This document shows, one piece after another, positions 13,045 through 25,745 of a DNA stretch of 64,000 nt. This DNA is from Octopus vulgaris. Lineage: Eukaryota. The stretch lies in NCBI GenBank assembly GCA_951406725.2, contig OX597827.1, positions 54,374,001 through 54,438,000 on the forward strand, read 5' to 3'. Each line of letters begins with the position of its first letter. Position 1 is the first letter of the stretch. The notes beneath the pieces are model-generated. The model was given only the letters and a program-made list of their open reading frames with translations, made no database searches and was not told where the DNA came from. A program made the translations under genes and the position numbers.

Positions 13045-13275
13045 ATTTCTTTATTACCCACAAGGGGCTAAACATAGAGGGGACAAACAAGGACAGACAT
13101 AGGTATTAAGTCGATTACATCGACCCCAATGCGGAACTGGTACTTAATTTATCGACCCCGAAAGGATGAAAGGCAAAGTCAACCTCGGCGGAATTTGAAC
13201 TCACAACGTAACGACAGACGAAATACCGCTAAGCATTTCATCCGGCGTGCTAACGTTTCTGCCAGCTTGCCGCCA
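13045..13275 (-). mobile_element. tRNA-derived SINE family A, young copy
   Basis: reverse complement of the 5135/7301 copies. Confidence 0.85.
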
Positions 13276-13373
13276 AACTTTTTACCACATAGCCATGCCT
13301 GCACCTATTAATTAACATTGATATTTAAAGATAGTAATATGATATATTCATTTATTTATTTTTATTTTTACAG

Positions 13374-13499
13374 GTATTAATTATAGCCAGTAGCTCAGAA
13401 CTCAAAGAATTACCCATGATTGTAGGTCGGGTTAAAAATAGAGTAGCTTTCCTGAAATTGAACAGCTCCAACCCAGAGTTGGTAAGCAAATATTTTAAG
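13374..13499 (+). CDS. alpha-catenin/vinculin-like gene, exon 3 (phase 0-0)
   Basis: tttttacag acceptor, AAG|gtaagg donor, 126 nt: VLIIASSSELKELPMIVGRVKNRVAFLKLNSSNPELVSKYFK; resembles alpha-catenin LLILADMADV...DLGIQYK segment. Confidence 0.85.
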
Positions 13500-14006
13500 G
13501 TAAGGGGCATTTTTCTTTTCCTTAAAAATGATATCCTTCTTTCTCTCACTCTCTAATATAAAATAGCTACTGAAATCTAAACAATTTATTTTAAAATGTC
13601 TGTTCATTTTATATAAAATGAGCGTACATTTTAAAATTGTTTAAAATTCCGTTGTTCATTTGTTTAATATTTCTTTTTACATGTTTGCGTGGCTTAGATT
13701 AGGGTATTTGAGGCAGGATTTTTACAGCTGGGTACTCTTCCTGTTGCCAACCCTTACCTATTTTTCAAGTAAGGGATTTATTTCGTCCAGAGGAACTCAA
13801 ATGTACTGAGCCAGTGGATGATTTGTTGACAGGAAATATCGACAAACCATCAGTTGCAGTTTGTAGCTTATCCACAGAAGAGTGGAAAATAAACAGCATT
13901 GCTTGTGTGATGGGGATGCTTGTTTGCAGCCATCGCATCATGTCAAGACAAGGATACATGCACACACACACACACACACACACATGCACATACACACTTA
14001 TACATA

Positions 14007-14051
<45 letters not shown>

Positions 14052-14639
14052 TTTCAGTCTCCATCTACCAGATCTAGTCATAAGGCTTTGATCGGCTTAA
14101 GACAATAATAGAAGACACCTACCCAGTGGTACTGAGCCTAAGACCACATAGTTGGGAAGCAAGCTTCAAGCTTCTTTACCACTCAGCCACACCTGCACCA
14201 ACACACACACACATCCATGACTTTCAGGTGTTTTAACACTCGATGCTTTGAGGGATCCATCTCCACCATGCTAAATTGCAGCCTGTAGGTGAACTAGCAA
14301 AGCACATACATTGAGTATGTGTGTTCAATAATAAACATACACACACACCCACACTCTCTCCCTCTCTCTCACACACACATACACGCACATATAAGATGGG
14401 CTTCAGGACTGTTTACTTTATTCACTTACAAAGCATTGATTGGCCTTGGGCTATAGTTAAAGATTCTGGCCCAAGGTGCTATACAGTGGGATTGAACCTG
14501 AAACCATGTTGTTGCAAAGCAGGTTTCTTAACCAAACACCATGCATTAGAGGTATTTTATGAAAAAAAAAAAACTTTTACATTTACTAAAAATTGGCATA
14601 TTCTATAGCCATTCTTACACCATCAAGTTAAATAAAATA

Positions 14640-14891
14640 AATAAATGTGCCCTTTTTAAAGCCTAGCCAGGTTCATGGGCCCAGTTTCCCGGTTTCTATG
14701 ACATATGTGTCCCCCAGCTGGACAGAATGCCAGTCCATCGCAGCGTTACTCATTTTTGCCAGCTGAGTGGACTGGAGCAACGTGAAATGAAGTGTTTTGC
14801 TCAAGAACACAACGTGTCGCCCGGTCCAGGAATCGAAACCACAATCTTATGATCATGATGTTGACACCCTAACCACTAAGCCACGCGGCTC
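14640..14891 (-). mobile_element. tRNA-derived SINE family B with 13-bp target-site duplication
   Basis: tRNA-like head GCGTGGCTTAGTGGTTAGGGTG...GGTTTCGATTCC on minus; caccatcaagtta flanks both ends; near-identical copy at 27195-27443. Confidence 0.85.
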
Positions 14892-15399
14892 CACCATCAA
14901 GTTACAAAAAGAAAAACCAAAGCAATGGCATATGTGAAATATCACTGAAATGACACTTGTAATAGTAAACAGTGCTATATAGTAGAAATAAGTACATTAC
15001 CTAGCAACACTACCATCCATCTTGTGTTAATTGAACATCTGAAGATGTAAAATAAACATTAGAACAAGACTGATTCACCAAGTTTTACATTCTTAAGAAA
15101 GCAGCTTTCTTTTCTTGGATTGTTGAACGTAATCGCTTCTGTTCCAGTCTCTTATTTGATCCTAACAATGGTCTGTCATCTTATCTATGTTCCACCAACC
15201 TGGGCATCTATTTTTCTGTACGTTTTATGCTTTAGTGTAAACGTTCTCCTACTTGTTCCTAGAAGAAAAATAAAAATGATAGCTTAAAGACAGATTTAGG
15301 GCTATTTTTGCCACATAATCTATTTCTTCTGCATCAGTTTTGACATAGTTTAGAGAAATAAATTTCTCTCATTTGTATCCTTTAAATATAATAAAAAAA

Positions 15400-15745
15400 A
15401 GACCCTATACTGCTTGGAAGTTGCACCTATGCATTACTCCCGCATCCAGCACACCCTGGCAGAGCTCCATCAACACAACAATCCCTATCTCTCCACTTGC
15501 AGTTATCATTTCCACACTTACTTCTGATGGACCAAACTGCCTTTCCTGTTTTCATTTCCTTCATTGCCCCCTCTACTTCTTCCTGACTAACTCTCTCCAC
15601 TGGCCCCTTCACTATAGCAGCTTTCACCCTCTGATCCCATTCATTCGCCTCATTCATAATTCCATCCATATGCTCTTTCCAAACTCTTCCCCTGTCCTTC
15701 TCACTAAAATTCAACCTTCCTTTGCAAATAATAAATGGAAGCCCA
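15400..15745 (-). mobile_element. RTE LINE fragment (pre-RT region)
   Basis: VWKEHMDGIMNEANEWD...GPVERVSQEEVEGAMKEMKTGKA. Confidence 0.8.
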
Positions 15746-18133
15746 TCTTTCCCGAAACAAGTAACTTCTGTTGTTGAATATTTCATTTGATACATATCAT
15801 CATTATGACCATTATTACCGTCATCATCACCACCACCACCACCATTATCATGTTCCCGATCATGATGATGATTATCATGATCCCGATCATGATGATGATG
15901 ATGATCATCATCATCATCATAACAATATGTTCCACCATCCACAGTCACCACCATTAGCATTGACGTTATAATAATACATCCATCGTTACTTTCAATGGAT
16001 CCTAGCATATATTTTATATTTATATATTTTCATATGCTTTGTCATTAGTATAACAAAGTCTGCAACACCATTAGCAAGAACACCTGTGACAATAACATTA
16101 ACAGCAATTTTATAGTTAGTAACTAATATAAATAATATCAATACTAAACAGACCAATGAATAAGATTATAATTGAACACCGAAGAATTCTTTCTGTTATA
16201 CTAAAAAACAATCAATTATAGATCAATAAAGTACTCAAGGGATATGCAGGGTCTTTTCTAATCACAAGTATCTGTTTGGGAGTGGTTTAGTTGTTTCATC
16301 TTTGATTTTCTCTTTCAGTAAGCTGAAGGGAAAAGTTGAGTTAATTACAAACCAAATATATAATGTTCCTCATGGCTGCATTTCAAAGTTATAGGCTGAG
16401 TAGATTAAGCTACTCAGATTTGAGTGGCTGCCACAGACTCAATATAGCATCAGTAAGAAATGAGTCTTTTACTGCAGCTCTAAAACCTGTGATTAGGACT
16501 GCATGTTCTAAGTCCTGAAAGTTTGTACAGATGGCCCTGTCAGTCTAATACATATGATTTATTATGTGACACATAAAAAGCACCCTTTGAAATTTGGGCC
16601 TCATGGAGGCAGTGACCACGACCTTTGGCAATATGCCGTGCTTGAGAAGACCTGTCAAGCCAGGTGAGGTTGTAGTCATGGCTGATGCCAGTGTTATGTG
16701 CCATCGGCACGTAAAAAGCACCCACTACACTCTTGGAGTGGTTGGCATTAGGAAGGGCATCCAGCTGTAGAAACCATACCAAATCAGATTTGAACCTAGT
16801 GCAGCTCCCCAGCTTACCAGTTTTCAGTCAAACCATCCAATTCATGCCAGCATGGAAAACAGTCATTAAATAATGATGATGATGATGATGATGAATCCTT
16901 CCTGGAAATAATTTTTGTCTAAACATCCTATGCCAGAATTAATTGTTGTAAGATGATGATAGCTCGGTGTTAGAGTATTGATCTAAACCTTTTGTTTGAT
17001 AAGTTGGTACAATAATCGGATAAGAAAGTTTAGAATACGTGGATTGGGATTTTCGAGTGCACAAATCTTTGTGTTTACAGATTTATGACTTGTTGCCTTA
17101 TGCTTCTTAATCAATTTCTTGTTTTATTCACACTTTTTTTTTTTGGAACTATAAATGTGATTGATTTAATTCGTCTATATAGTCATCAACACTATCACCA
17201 TGAAGGAAGCATTCAGCAAAGAAGAAACTAAAATACGAGATAAAGCCTCTGCTGCCAATATTTGTCAGAGTAATCTGAATGTGAAAGGGTTAAAATAATT
17301 TCCTTTTGTTTCTAACTTGAAACCCATACCTACAATTTGCTATTTATTGTTATTTGTCCCTTGACAGTTATGTAATAATTTATATAAGCAGCATTTTGTT
17401 GTATATAATGATTGCTGTAATAATTCCAGAGTCCCAGAACCACTTCCTTAAATGAATGCTGAATACTGAAAATTGGGTGTGAAAGAAATTTTATAAAAAA
17501 TGACAAAAACCACTTGGTAGTGAGGTAAGAAGTTTGCTTCCCATCCTCATGGTTTGGGGTTCAGTCCCACTGTGTGGCATCTTGGGCAAGTGTCTTCTAC
17601 CATAGCCTTGGGCCAACCAAAGCCTTGTAAGTGGATTTCCTAGACAAAAACTGAAAGAAGCATATCAGATATATACATGTATGTGCATGTGTGTCTTTGT
17701 GTCTGTATTTGTCCCCCACCAATGCTTGACAACCGGTGCTGGTCTATTTATGTCCTTGTAACTTTGTGGTTTGGCAAAATAGACTGATAGAATAAATACA
17801 AGGCTTAAAAAAGGAAGTACTTTAATTCATTTGACTAAAATTTCTCCAAGATGGCACCTCAGCATGGCTGGAGTCTGATGATTGAAACAAGTAAAAGATA
17901 AAAAGATAAAAGCTCAAATCAGTGCATCACTCATATCCATTCCTTAACAAATCTGGCATTTGTTTCTTCTTTGCAAAGCTTCTTTGAAAGGAAAGAATAA
18001 AAAGTCAAAAGATTAGTTACTTAAATTCTAAATAGATATGTCTTTGATAGTTTTGTCTTTGAAATATTTCTATTTGTTTTTTGTTGTGTTTGTTTTTTAT
18101 TTAATAATCTTTTTTTTGTTGTTTTGGTTCCAG

Positions 18134-18316
18134 GAGCTGTCAGATGAGTTACTGTTACTAAACAAGATCTGTATGAGACACCATGATAATCTTGCTGGAC
18201 AGCAGCAGCTTCAAGACCTCCTTGCCAACTGCTTACATACAATTAGAATGACTCTTCCTACTTTACAAGAAGCCCTGACAGTTTGTATTGCTGAACCAAA
18301 TAACAAGTCAGCCGAG
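18134..18316 (+). CDS. alpha-catenin/vinculin-like gene, exon 4 (phase 0-0)
   Basis: ttttggttccag acceptor, GAG|gtagtt donor, 183 nt: ELSDELLLLNKICMRHHDNLAGQQQLQDLLANCLHTIRMTLPTLQEALTVCIAEPNNKSAE. Confidence 0.85.
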
Positions 18317-18476
18317 GTAGTTTGCACCTTCATCATATCCTCTCTTCTTATTATTAAATTCTAATGAAGTGGTTCTCATATTTTGCCCATGGACTCCTTT
18401 GATTCTTATTTCACTCTACAGGACATCCATAGCCATTCACTGTATAAAAAAATCTTGCTGCATTTTTATAATTAAA

Positions 18477-18864
18477 CTAGCAATATTGCCTGGCATTGCT
18501 TGGGTTTGTTTCAACCCTTTAGAATTGGAATTTTTGAAAAGTAAAAATTTTGCATTATGTAGCTTGTTATTCTCTTTAAGTGAACATTTTTCTGGTTGAA
18601 ATACACCGAAAAATGGCAACACAGCAGTAAAAAAAGCGCAGAAAATAGGGATTTTCATAGAAAAAAAAAGCACCTTTTTTATGTAAATAATTTTTGGTGT
18701 TAACATGGTCCGATTTGAATTTTTTCTTCTACAGAATGAAGAGCAAGCCTTCTTCTATCATGCTCTCAATTTTGGTCAACTTGCACCACAGGGTCTCAGA
18801 GGAGATAGTGTTAGTTGAAGGCTACCAAACCTGCCACAGACAACTTCAACTTTATATATATAGA
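18477..18864 (-). mobile_element. Non-autonomous Helitron-like element
   Basis: minus strand begins TCTATATATATAAAG and ends in a degenerate hairpin (CCCAAGCAATGCCAGG) followed by CTAG, the canonical Helitron terminal architecture. Confidence 0.55.
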
Positions 18865-19819
18865 AATATTATTAGGAATTATATAAAAAATTAAGATATT
18901 TTCTGTATTGTTGAAGTATAACCAGTTTATTGCAGATAAACTTTAACAACAAAATCTTATATGGAATTCCAAGGGCCATTTGGATCCTGGTTGAGAACCA
19001 CTGTTCTAATGCTTTCTAGAATTAAGTCAGAGCCTTTTTGTTTTCAGTTTAGCATCAACATATGTCCTAAACAGATTGCCAAAATATTTAGCTATGCTGA
19101 CACAAGAGGGCACATGATTCAGCTGTGGTGTGGCTATTGACACTAAATAAGATTGGAAAAACATTCTGTGATTGCTGATTCTGAGTTCTTGTTGTTTGAG
19201 ATGCAGCTAAGAAACAGACCAGCCAATGATATATAATATATTCATATATACTTACAATATCACATATATATCCAACATGATACTTGCATATCAAATATAT
19301 ATCCAACATGAATATATTAATTTCATTTTATCATTTATCTACCATGTAAAGGATTTTTGAAATTCATCTCCAAGCTTGTTTATCTTTGCAACAGCAACTC
19401 TTCTAAACAGAATATTAATATATTGGTCAATACTGCACATATATGCATAGCTGTGTGATTAAGAAGTCTGCATTGCAACCACTTAGTCTCTGGTTCAGTA
19501 AACTTCACTCCTGGACATATTTTCCTTTTAAGGTGGAAAGCTGGCAGAATCGTTAGCACACCAGGCAAAATGGTTAGCAGCATTTCTTCTGTCTTTACAT
19601 TCTGAATTCAAATTTCATCAAGGTTTAATTTGCCTTTCAAACTTTCAGAGTCGATAAAATAAGTACTAGTTAAACACAGGGATCAATATAATCAACTTAC
19701 TCCTCCCCCAAACCAGCTGGCATTGTGCCAAAATTTGAAATCAGTATATTGGGCAATGCAAAAATAAGGCATGTACCTTTAGCATTACCATAACTGATGA
19801 CACAAATGCATTTGAACTA

Positions 19820-20372
19820 TTGGGTTGTCCAGAAAGTTTGTGCTAATTTATAGTAAATTACCTTTCGACTTATTTTAGAACATGGTTGAGTCCATAAAAT
19901 AGGATTTTACTACACCTCCATTTAGAGCACAGTTTAAGCTATCTTTCCGTGGAAGAAGGTTTATGTTCCTGTTACCTGCGTTAATTCTGTAACCCTTTAA
20001 AATAAAGATAAGAAAGTTCATTTTCGGCACTTGATGCTTTGGAAATGAGACAAAAACTGCTGCAGCTTGGCTGGGATGTATTACCCAACCCTCCATATCC
20101 ACCAGCTATTGCTCCTTTGGATTTCCACTTATTCAGGTCTCTTAATGGTAAAAATTTCAATTCCTTGGATGACATAAAAAGATACCTTAATGAATTCTTT
20201 GCCATGAAACCACCTCGGTTCTGGGAAGAAGGTATTTTCAAGTTAAAGGAAAGATGGAGACACATTGTGCAACAAAATGGTTCATATTTGGTTGATTAAA
20301 AATGTAATGGCAAGGATTTATTGATCTTTTTCTTTCCTTTAAAAATTGGCATGAACTTTTCGGACAACCCAA
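19820..20372 (+). mobile_element. Internally deleted (non-autonomous) mariner, 553 bp
   Basis: TIRs TTGGGTTGTCC(A/G)GAAAGTT, TA on both sides; C-terminal transposase LGWDVLPNPPYPPAIAPLDFHLFRSL. Confidence 0.92.
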
Positions 20373-20529
20373 TAGTTATACAGGGACTGCTTCTGAAGTA
20401 ATGGCTTGTTAGTAACCAGTGCTGTAGTTCAAAAGCATTTTCACAGTGAGACTAAAAATTGTTTATGTATATTTATATTTACTGAACTTGGTTTAACCAA
20501 CTAATTTTGTTCTTATCTTATAAATATAG

Positions 20530-20661
20530 GCTAACCGAGATTTCTTGATCTATCAAATCCTTAATACCATTACTTTAATTAGCGATACTGTTTTGAACAA
20601 GCTGCCATTGGACTTAACAGAAAGCAATGAATCTGGACAATTTATCAGTCTTCTAGGAAAG
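20530..20661 (+). CDS. alpha-catenin/vinculin-like gene, exon 5 (phase 0-0)
   Basis: aaatatag acceptor, AAG|gtaact donor, 132 nt: ANRDFLIYQILNTITLISDTVLNKLPLDLTESNESGQFISLLGK; ANRD matches the alpha-catenin ANRDLIYKQL motif. Confidence 0.9.
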
Positions 20662-20802
20662 GTAACTATTGATTATTTATTCTATAATTATTTCTCTTCC
20701 TATTCAAAGGTAAAGAGGTTTTAACAATATCAGTTTAAATTGCAGGGTATTATGGGCTACATTTTACAGTTTGCATAAAAGCTAAAGAAAACACAATGTC
20801 CT

Positions 20803-21345
20803 GTCTAACAATAAGAGTATTTAAAAAAATCAAAAATACCAACTAGATTATGGCTGAGAGATAACAGTTTGCTCAAAGTAGCCTAAGCTTCCACCACCTG
20901 GCAGATGCATTTCTCATTGTGTCCCTTGGAAGATCTTTGAACACCTTCCTGATCTTGGCCATCAGTTCGACCTTGAAGTTGCAGGCAGAGCAGTTAGTAT
21001 CTTTCTCAATCACAACCCAATTACTGTGATCAGGAAATTAGGAGGCCAGAAATCGAGGGTGGTGAAGTCATAGAAATTCTTCTACAACTACTACTGACTC
21101 TTGTCGGAGGTATGTCAAGGAACTGAATCCTGATGCCACACATATGACCTTCCAGCAGTAACGTCTCCAGCCAGGGTCTGACCACAGTTTCCAGCAGCTT
21201 CTTTTGACCAGCTGAATTGAGTTGAAGTCCCCATTTGAAGATGTGGGGTGGCGTGACTTCATGCTCACTGGAGGCACACTCAAAGATCATCACAGTTTGT
21301 GGGAGCTTGGTTTTCATGATGTCCATGTTACATCTTACAACCTTT
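20803..21345 (-). mobile_element. Decayed Tc1/mariner-superfamily transposase 3' half (related end at ~5826-6075)
   Basis: KTKLPQTVMIF...VTPPHIF..GLQLNS...LLETVVRPWLE with frameshifts; shared ggctgagagataacagttt end sequence. Confidence 0.65.
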
Positions 21346-22231
21346 ACAGTGTTTACAGAGCATTAAGCAGCAGTCATGATGTCAGCTTTTTGATACAGGT
21401 AAATTCATCATGATACCAGTAATTTTTTTCCAATATTCACATGGCTCCCAGTCCTCCATGTCAGCTAACTTTTTCTCTTCTCACCTTCAATTTTAATCTT
21501 TATGCTCTCCAACACCATTGACTGTTCATCAAGCTGTCCCTGAAAAAGGTGACAGAAAAATTGTTAAATTTAACTGAAGCACTGTTAGCTTGCATAAAAT
21601 ACAAGGAACAGCTCGAAGGAAGTTTCCTTTAAATTTTTACATAAAATTAATTGATTTCTCAAATACTTTAGAAAGTAATAATGGAATTTTAATTTATGCT
21701 TGATGCTTGAAAGTAATGAACAAAAGTTTACAGCTGTTATCTTTTGAAAACTCTGTCAAATGTAATGCTTGCTCACTTTGTTATGAATTAATCATGCATT
21801 ATCCTATAGCTTCAAAATTTCAAGAATGTAATTGTTTATATTTAGAATGACATTGTAGGGTAGGTTTGTGAGGCCAGATCTGATCACTTTGACAATGAAA
21901 TAGGTAGAATATTTGGGTTGGATTTGGTTGGTTTTAATGCTAAAGTGTTAATACAGTAAATTTTCTTCATTTCGTTTATCATTACAAGAAATTTATAAAA
22001 TGCTAAACTAGTATTATATGTAATTTTAAATATTATTTCAGTGTACTAGATTATGATAAAGTACCATTCAATTTCATAATAATGATGCCTGTGTATGAAC
22101 AGCCATGCTACATAGCAATGAAACATGGGTTATGACTACCAAGGGCATGTGAAGGCTTGAAAGAAATGAGGCTAGTATGCTTTGCTGGATGTGAAATGTC
22201 AGTGTGCTTGTACAACAGAGTGTTAGTGTAA

Positions 22232-22412
22232 TACAGTTCTATATTTAAGAGATGAGGAATTATGTGCATTATTTACATTATTTACATTCAGTGGATATTT
22301 GTCCTCATCTTGTTTGTTGTTAACACAACGTTTTGGCTAATATACCTTCCAGCCTTCTTCAGGTGTCTTGGGGAAATTTCAAACCTGGGTTCTCATTCCT
22401 AAGGTATTTTCA
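22232..22412 (-). mobile_element. Penelope-like terminal-repeat remnant with minimal hammerhead motif (22323-22366)
   Basis: minus strand ACAC-CTGAAGA-A-GGCTG...TAGCC-AAAAC-GTT-GTGT; hammerhead topology with G12>A. Confidence 0.65.
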
Positions 22413-23219
22413 ATGTTTCTGTGCATTTTCACCTTTTTACGTGTGTGTATAATTACAGTATGTATGTTTCATCATCATCATCATCATCATCATTCATCAA
22501 CAACAACAACATTTAACGTCTGTTTTTCCATACTGGTATGGGTTGGATGGCTTAACAAGAACTGGCAAGGCTGGGGGCTGCACTAGGTTCTGTAGTCTGT
22601 TTTGGTCTGGTTTCTATGGCTGGATGCCCTTCCTAACATCAACCACTTCATTGTACTGGGCGCTTTTTACATTGCACCACCACCAGTCCTTTTTATGTGG
22701 CATCAGCACTAGTGCTTCTACATGGCACCAGTACCCACACCAATGCTTTCTATGTGGCACCTTGGTTTTAGGATATCAATTCTGTTGTGATGGGCAAGTC
22801 TTCTTCATACATTAGTATGTATGTATGCATGCATACATAGAATCCATCACTGGAACTGTAAAAATCTGTAAAACTTTCCAGAAATTTATCATTTAAATAT
22901 ATACGAGCATGTCTAGATATGTAACTATATGCATGGGAATACATACATAAAACATACAAATCTGCATGCATGTATGTACGTACGTACATACATACATACA
23001 TATACATACATACATACAAACAAAAATACCTTGTTGATGTTGAAATTCCAATGAAGGAACCTTGGATCTAGGTTAGAAAATGGTTCTTTCTCTATTGGCA
23101 AGAAATCTTGAAATAAACTGAATAATGACATACATACATATGCACACATATACATATATATGTACGTATGTATATATGCTTGCATTGTACTACATTGTAT
23201 TTGTATGTGTATATTTCAG

Positions 23220-23366
23220 GCCAAAGCAGCTTTAACTGAAGAAAACTGGACCAGCCTTGATCAACATTTTGAAACATGGATCTACCTGTTAATCAAACAT
23301 GCAATGTTTGTGGCTCATCTCATTGTTGAAGAACGTAGAAGTCCACTGATCAATATTTGCCTTAAG
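23220..23366 (+). CDS. alpha-catenin/vinculin-like gene, exon 6 (phase 0-0)
   Basis: atatttcag acceptor, AAG|gtaatt donor, 147 nt: AKAALTEENWTSLDQHFETWIYLLIKHAMFVAHLIVEERRSPLINICLK; resembles M1 bundle (...AALMADS...RRERIVAEC). Confidence 0.85.
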
Positions 23367-23647
23367 GTAATTACAATTTTATTTTTACCTGCGGTTGCTG
23401 CTATTGTTGGTAAAATGTCAAAATCTGAACTATTTTAGTCTGCATGTTGTTAGCATTTCATTCCTTCATGCATAGGGTTTGTCCATGGACAAATTGAACT
23501 CAACACTGAAAAAAAAAAATCAACAAAATCAGAGAGGTTCTATATTATCTTTGGTGCCCATTTTCCATAGAACTAAGAATTGGTTTTTTAGTTGTTTGTT
23601 CTTTATACTTTGTTTCTTAATGTTGACTGAATTCAAAGTTATGAAGT

Positions 23648-23875
23648 TTAACCATTTAGTATTCAGCTTTCTCTGTCAAATGTAATGCTTGTTTATTCAC
23701 ATTGTTTTGAATGAATCATGTATTATATTGTGGCTTTGGGACTTTGATGATGAGTTTGTTTACTTTTAGAATGGCAATATAGGGTTGGTGTAAAAGGTTG
23801 GATCTGGCTGGTTTGAACACAAAACAGGTAGAATATTTGGGCCAGACATGGCTTGTTTGAATGTTAAAGGGTTAA
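23648..23875. mobile_element. piggyBac-like MITE, uninterrupted copy
   Basis: TTAA-CCATTTAGTATTC ... GAATGTTAAAGGG-TTAA. Confidence 0.7.
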
Positions 23876-25104
23876 ATGTGACTCCTGTTGTTTTTGTTAC
23901 CAGGTTTGTTTAATAAGTGCCTTGTTAAGCCAAACCATTTCACAGACTGGGATGTTCTTAAACTCAGAATTTCAAATATGGCCCTAATTTTTCATCACTT
24001 TTTGGAAATATATGTTATCAGTAGCATAGCATGGGTTTTAACTACCCTGTATGCCAGCAAATTTGACTGCCCTCTTTCCTAACTACAACATATTTTTCAC
24101 TACAGCAAACACAAATATATAAATGGTCACACTATGAAGTCCACACGCTCCAAGCTACACCAGTTTACTTTGTCTAAATCACTACATAAACTACACCTAA
24201 AGTTTTACTATAGAGATTGGAACAAGACAGATAGGTACACTGATGAATCCATGCATCTATTACTGATTGCATGGTGGAGCTTCTCAAATTAGCTACTATA
24301 AATGTTGGGGGTTTTTTCCAGTTACTAAACTATAGCATGAAATTGTGCTAGTCTAGCTTCACAAGTATCTCATTTATTTAGCTATCACTTAGCTTTATCC
24401 AGTGAGTCTATTTTAGATATATCCACCATAATGAGACGCCATACTTTGATTTGATATTTACAGCCAAAATTAAACCCATAAATTATAAATTAATGGCTAA
24501 GATTTTAATGTGAATCATTAGATATTATAAGTACATTAGAAAGAATGGATGAAAATATCCTCGAATGAAAAGTATTTACAGTGGTTAGTTTTTCTCTCTA
24601 CATTCTGAGGTTCACTTTATCATTTGTCCCCTTGGAAGAATCAGTAGGATAAGGGTCTTTAATATGCCTTAGTTGAAGCAGCTGAATATTGGTGGGCAGC
24701 AAGCTGGCAGAATCATTAGCACATTGGATAAAATGCTTCGCAGTATTTATGAGTTGGTCAGGCAAAAATAGGTAATGCCTGTAAACTTTACAGATCCTTC
24801 AATCACTGCTGAGATTAATATGGCTGATATTTAGCCTGAAAATCTGCTGGAAATATGTGAGAGAATCTGGGAGTCTGGTCAGTATGCTTGGATCAGAGTT
24901 AACTCTGCTAAAGGCAGCCAACAACTAGGTGGTGATGTTAAACCTGCTATTCAGAGTATGTAGCCTTATCTACATTTATCATGTTATTTTCCTTATTCCT
25001 TTTTGATATTTCTAAAATAAAGCATCAAAATAAGATTTCAAATATATTTCATTTTATTTACACTTATGCTTTTTTTCTTCACTTTTGCCTTTTCTTTTCT
25101 ATAG

Positions 25105-25178
25105 CTTCTAGAAGCTAAAAACAGCTTGTATGAATTTCAAGATTCAGTCACTGCAGAAACTCAAGATTTATACTGCGA
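25105..25178 (+). CDS. alpha-catenin/vinculin-like gene, exon 7 (phase 0-2)
   Basis: long pyrimidine tract + atag acceptor, GA|gtaagc donor, 74 nt: LLEAKNSLYEFQDSVTAETQDLYC; split codon GA+T = Asp with the next exon. Confidence 0.8.
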
Positions 25179-25296
25179 GTAAGCATACTTCAGTTCTGTT
25201 TTTTGCTACATTTCAATTACATTCTCATTGTGACAAACACATGCATACACATAATTGCACTACGTATAAATGAAGGTACATGTATCTATATAAACA

Positions 25297-25297
25297 C

Positions 25298-25366
<69 letters not shown>

Positions 25367-25745
25367 AACATTCATTTTCCATGCTGGCATGGGTTGGACA
25401 GTTTGACCAGAGCTGGCAAGCAGGAGACCTGCACCAGGTTTCGGTTTGATTTGACTTGGTTTCTATGACTGAATGCCCTTCCTAATGCCAAACACTTTAC
25501 AATGTGTGCAGGATGCTTTTAACATGGCACTGGCATGAATGCTTTTTTTACATGGCACCAGCACATGGTTCTTGCAGGCCAATCCTCTACACCAGGGATA
25601 ACAGCATTAGCACTGCTGCTGTGGAGACAGGTCTTTTTGAGTACAGCAAGGCACCAGATATTTCCGTCCTTTGTCATCTTCTCTGCAAAGTTCAGTGTCC
25701 TGAGGTTGTCTTCCAGGACTTCACCCCATGTCTTCCTGGGTCTTC
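25297..25745 (-). mobile_element. 5'-truncated RTE 3' end with long (GAT)n tail
   Basis: RPRKTWGEVLEDNLRTL..., then the conserved aagggcattcag module and (CAT)n on + strand. Confidence 0.75.

Noticed and set aside
15771-16008. His/Asp-rich ORFs suggesting a metal-binding protein
   Set aside because: Translation of degenerate (CAT/GAT)n microsatellite fused to an RTE fragment.
23045-23090. Possible hammerhead relic (CCAATGA...AACC/GGTT...GAAA) in a (CATA)n-embedded repeat
   Set aside because: Too many core deviations and no clear stem I/III.
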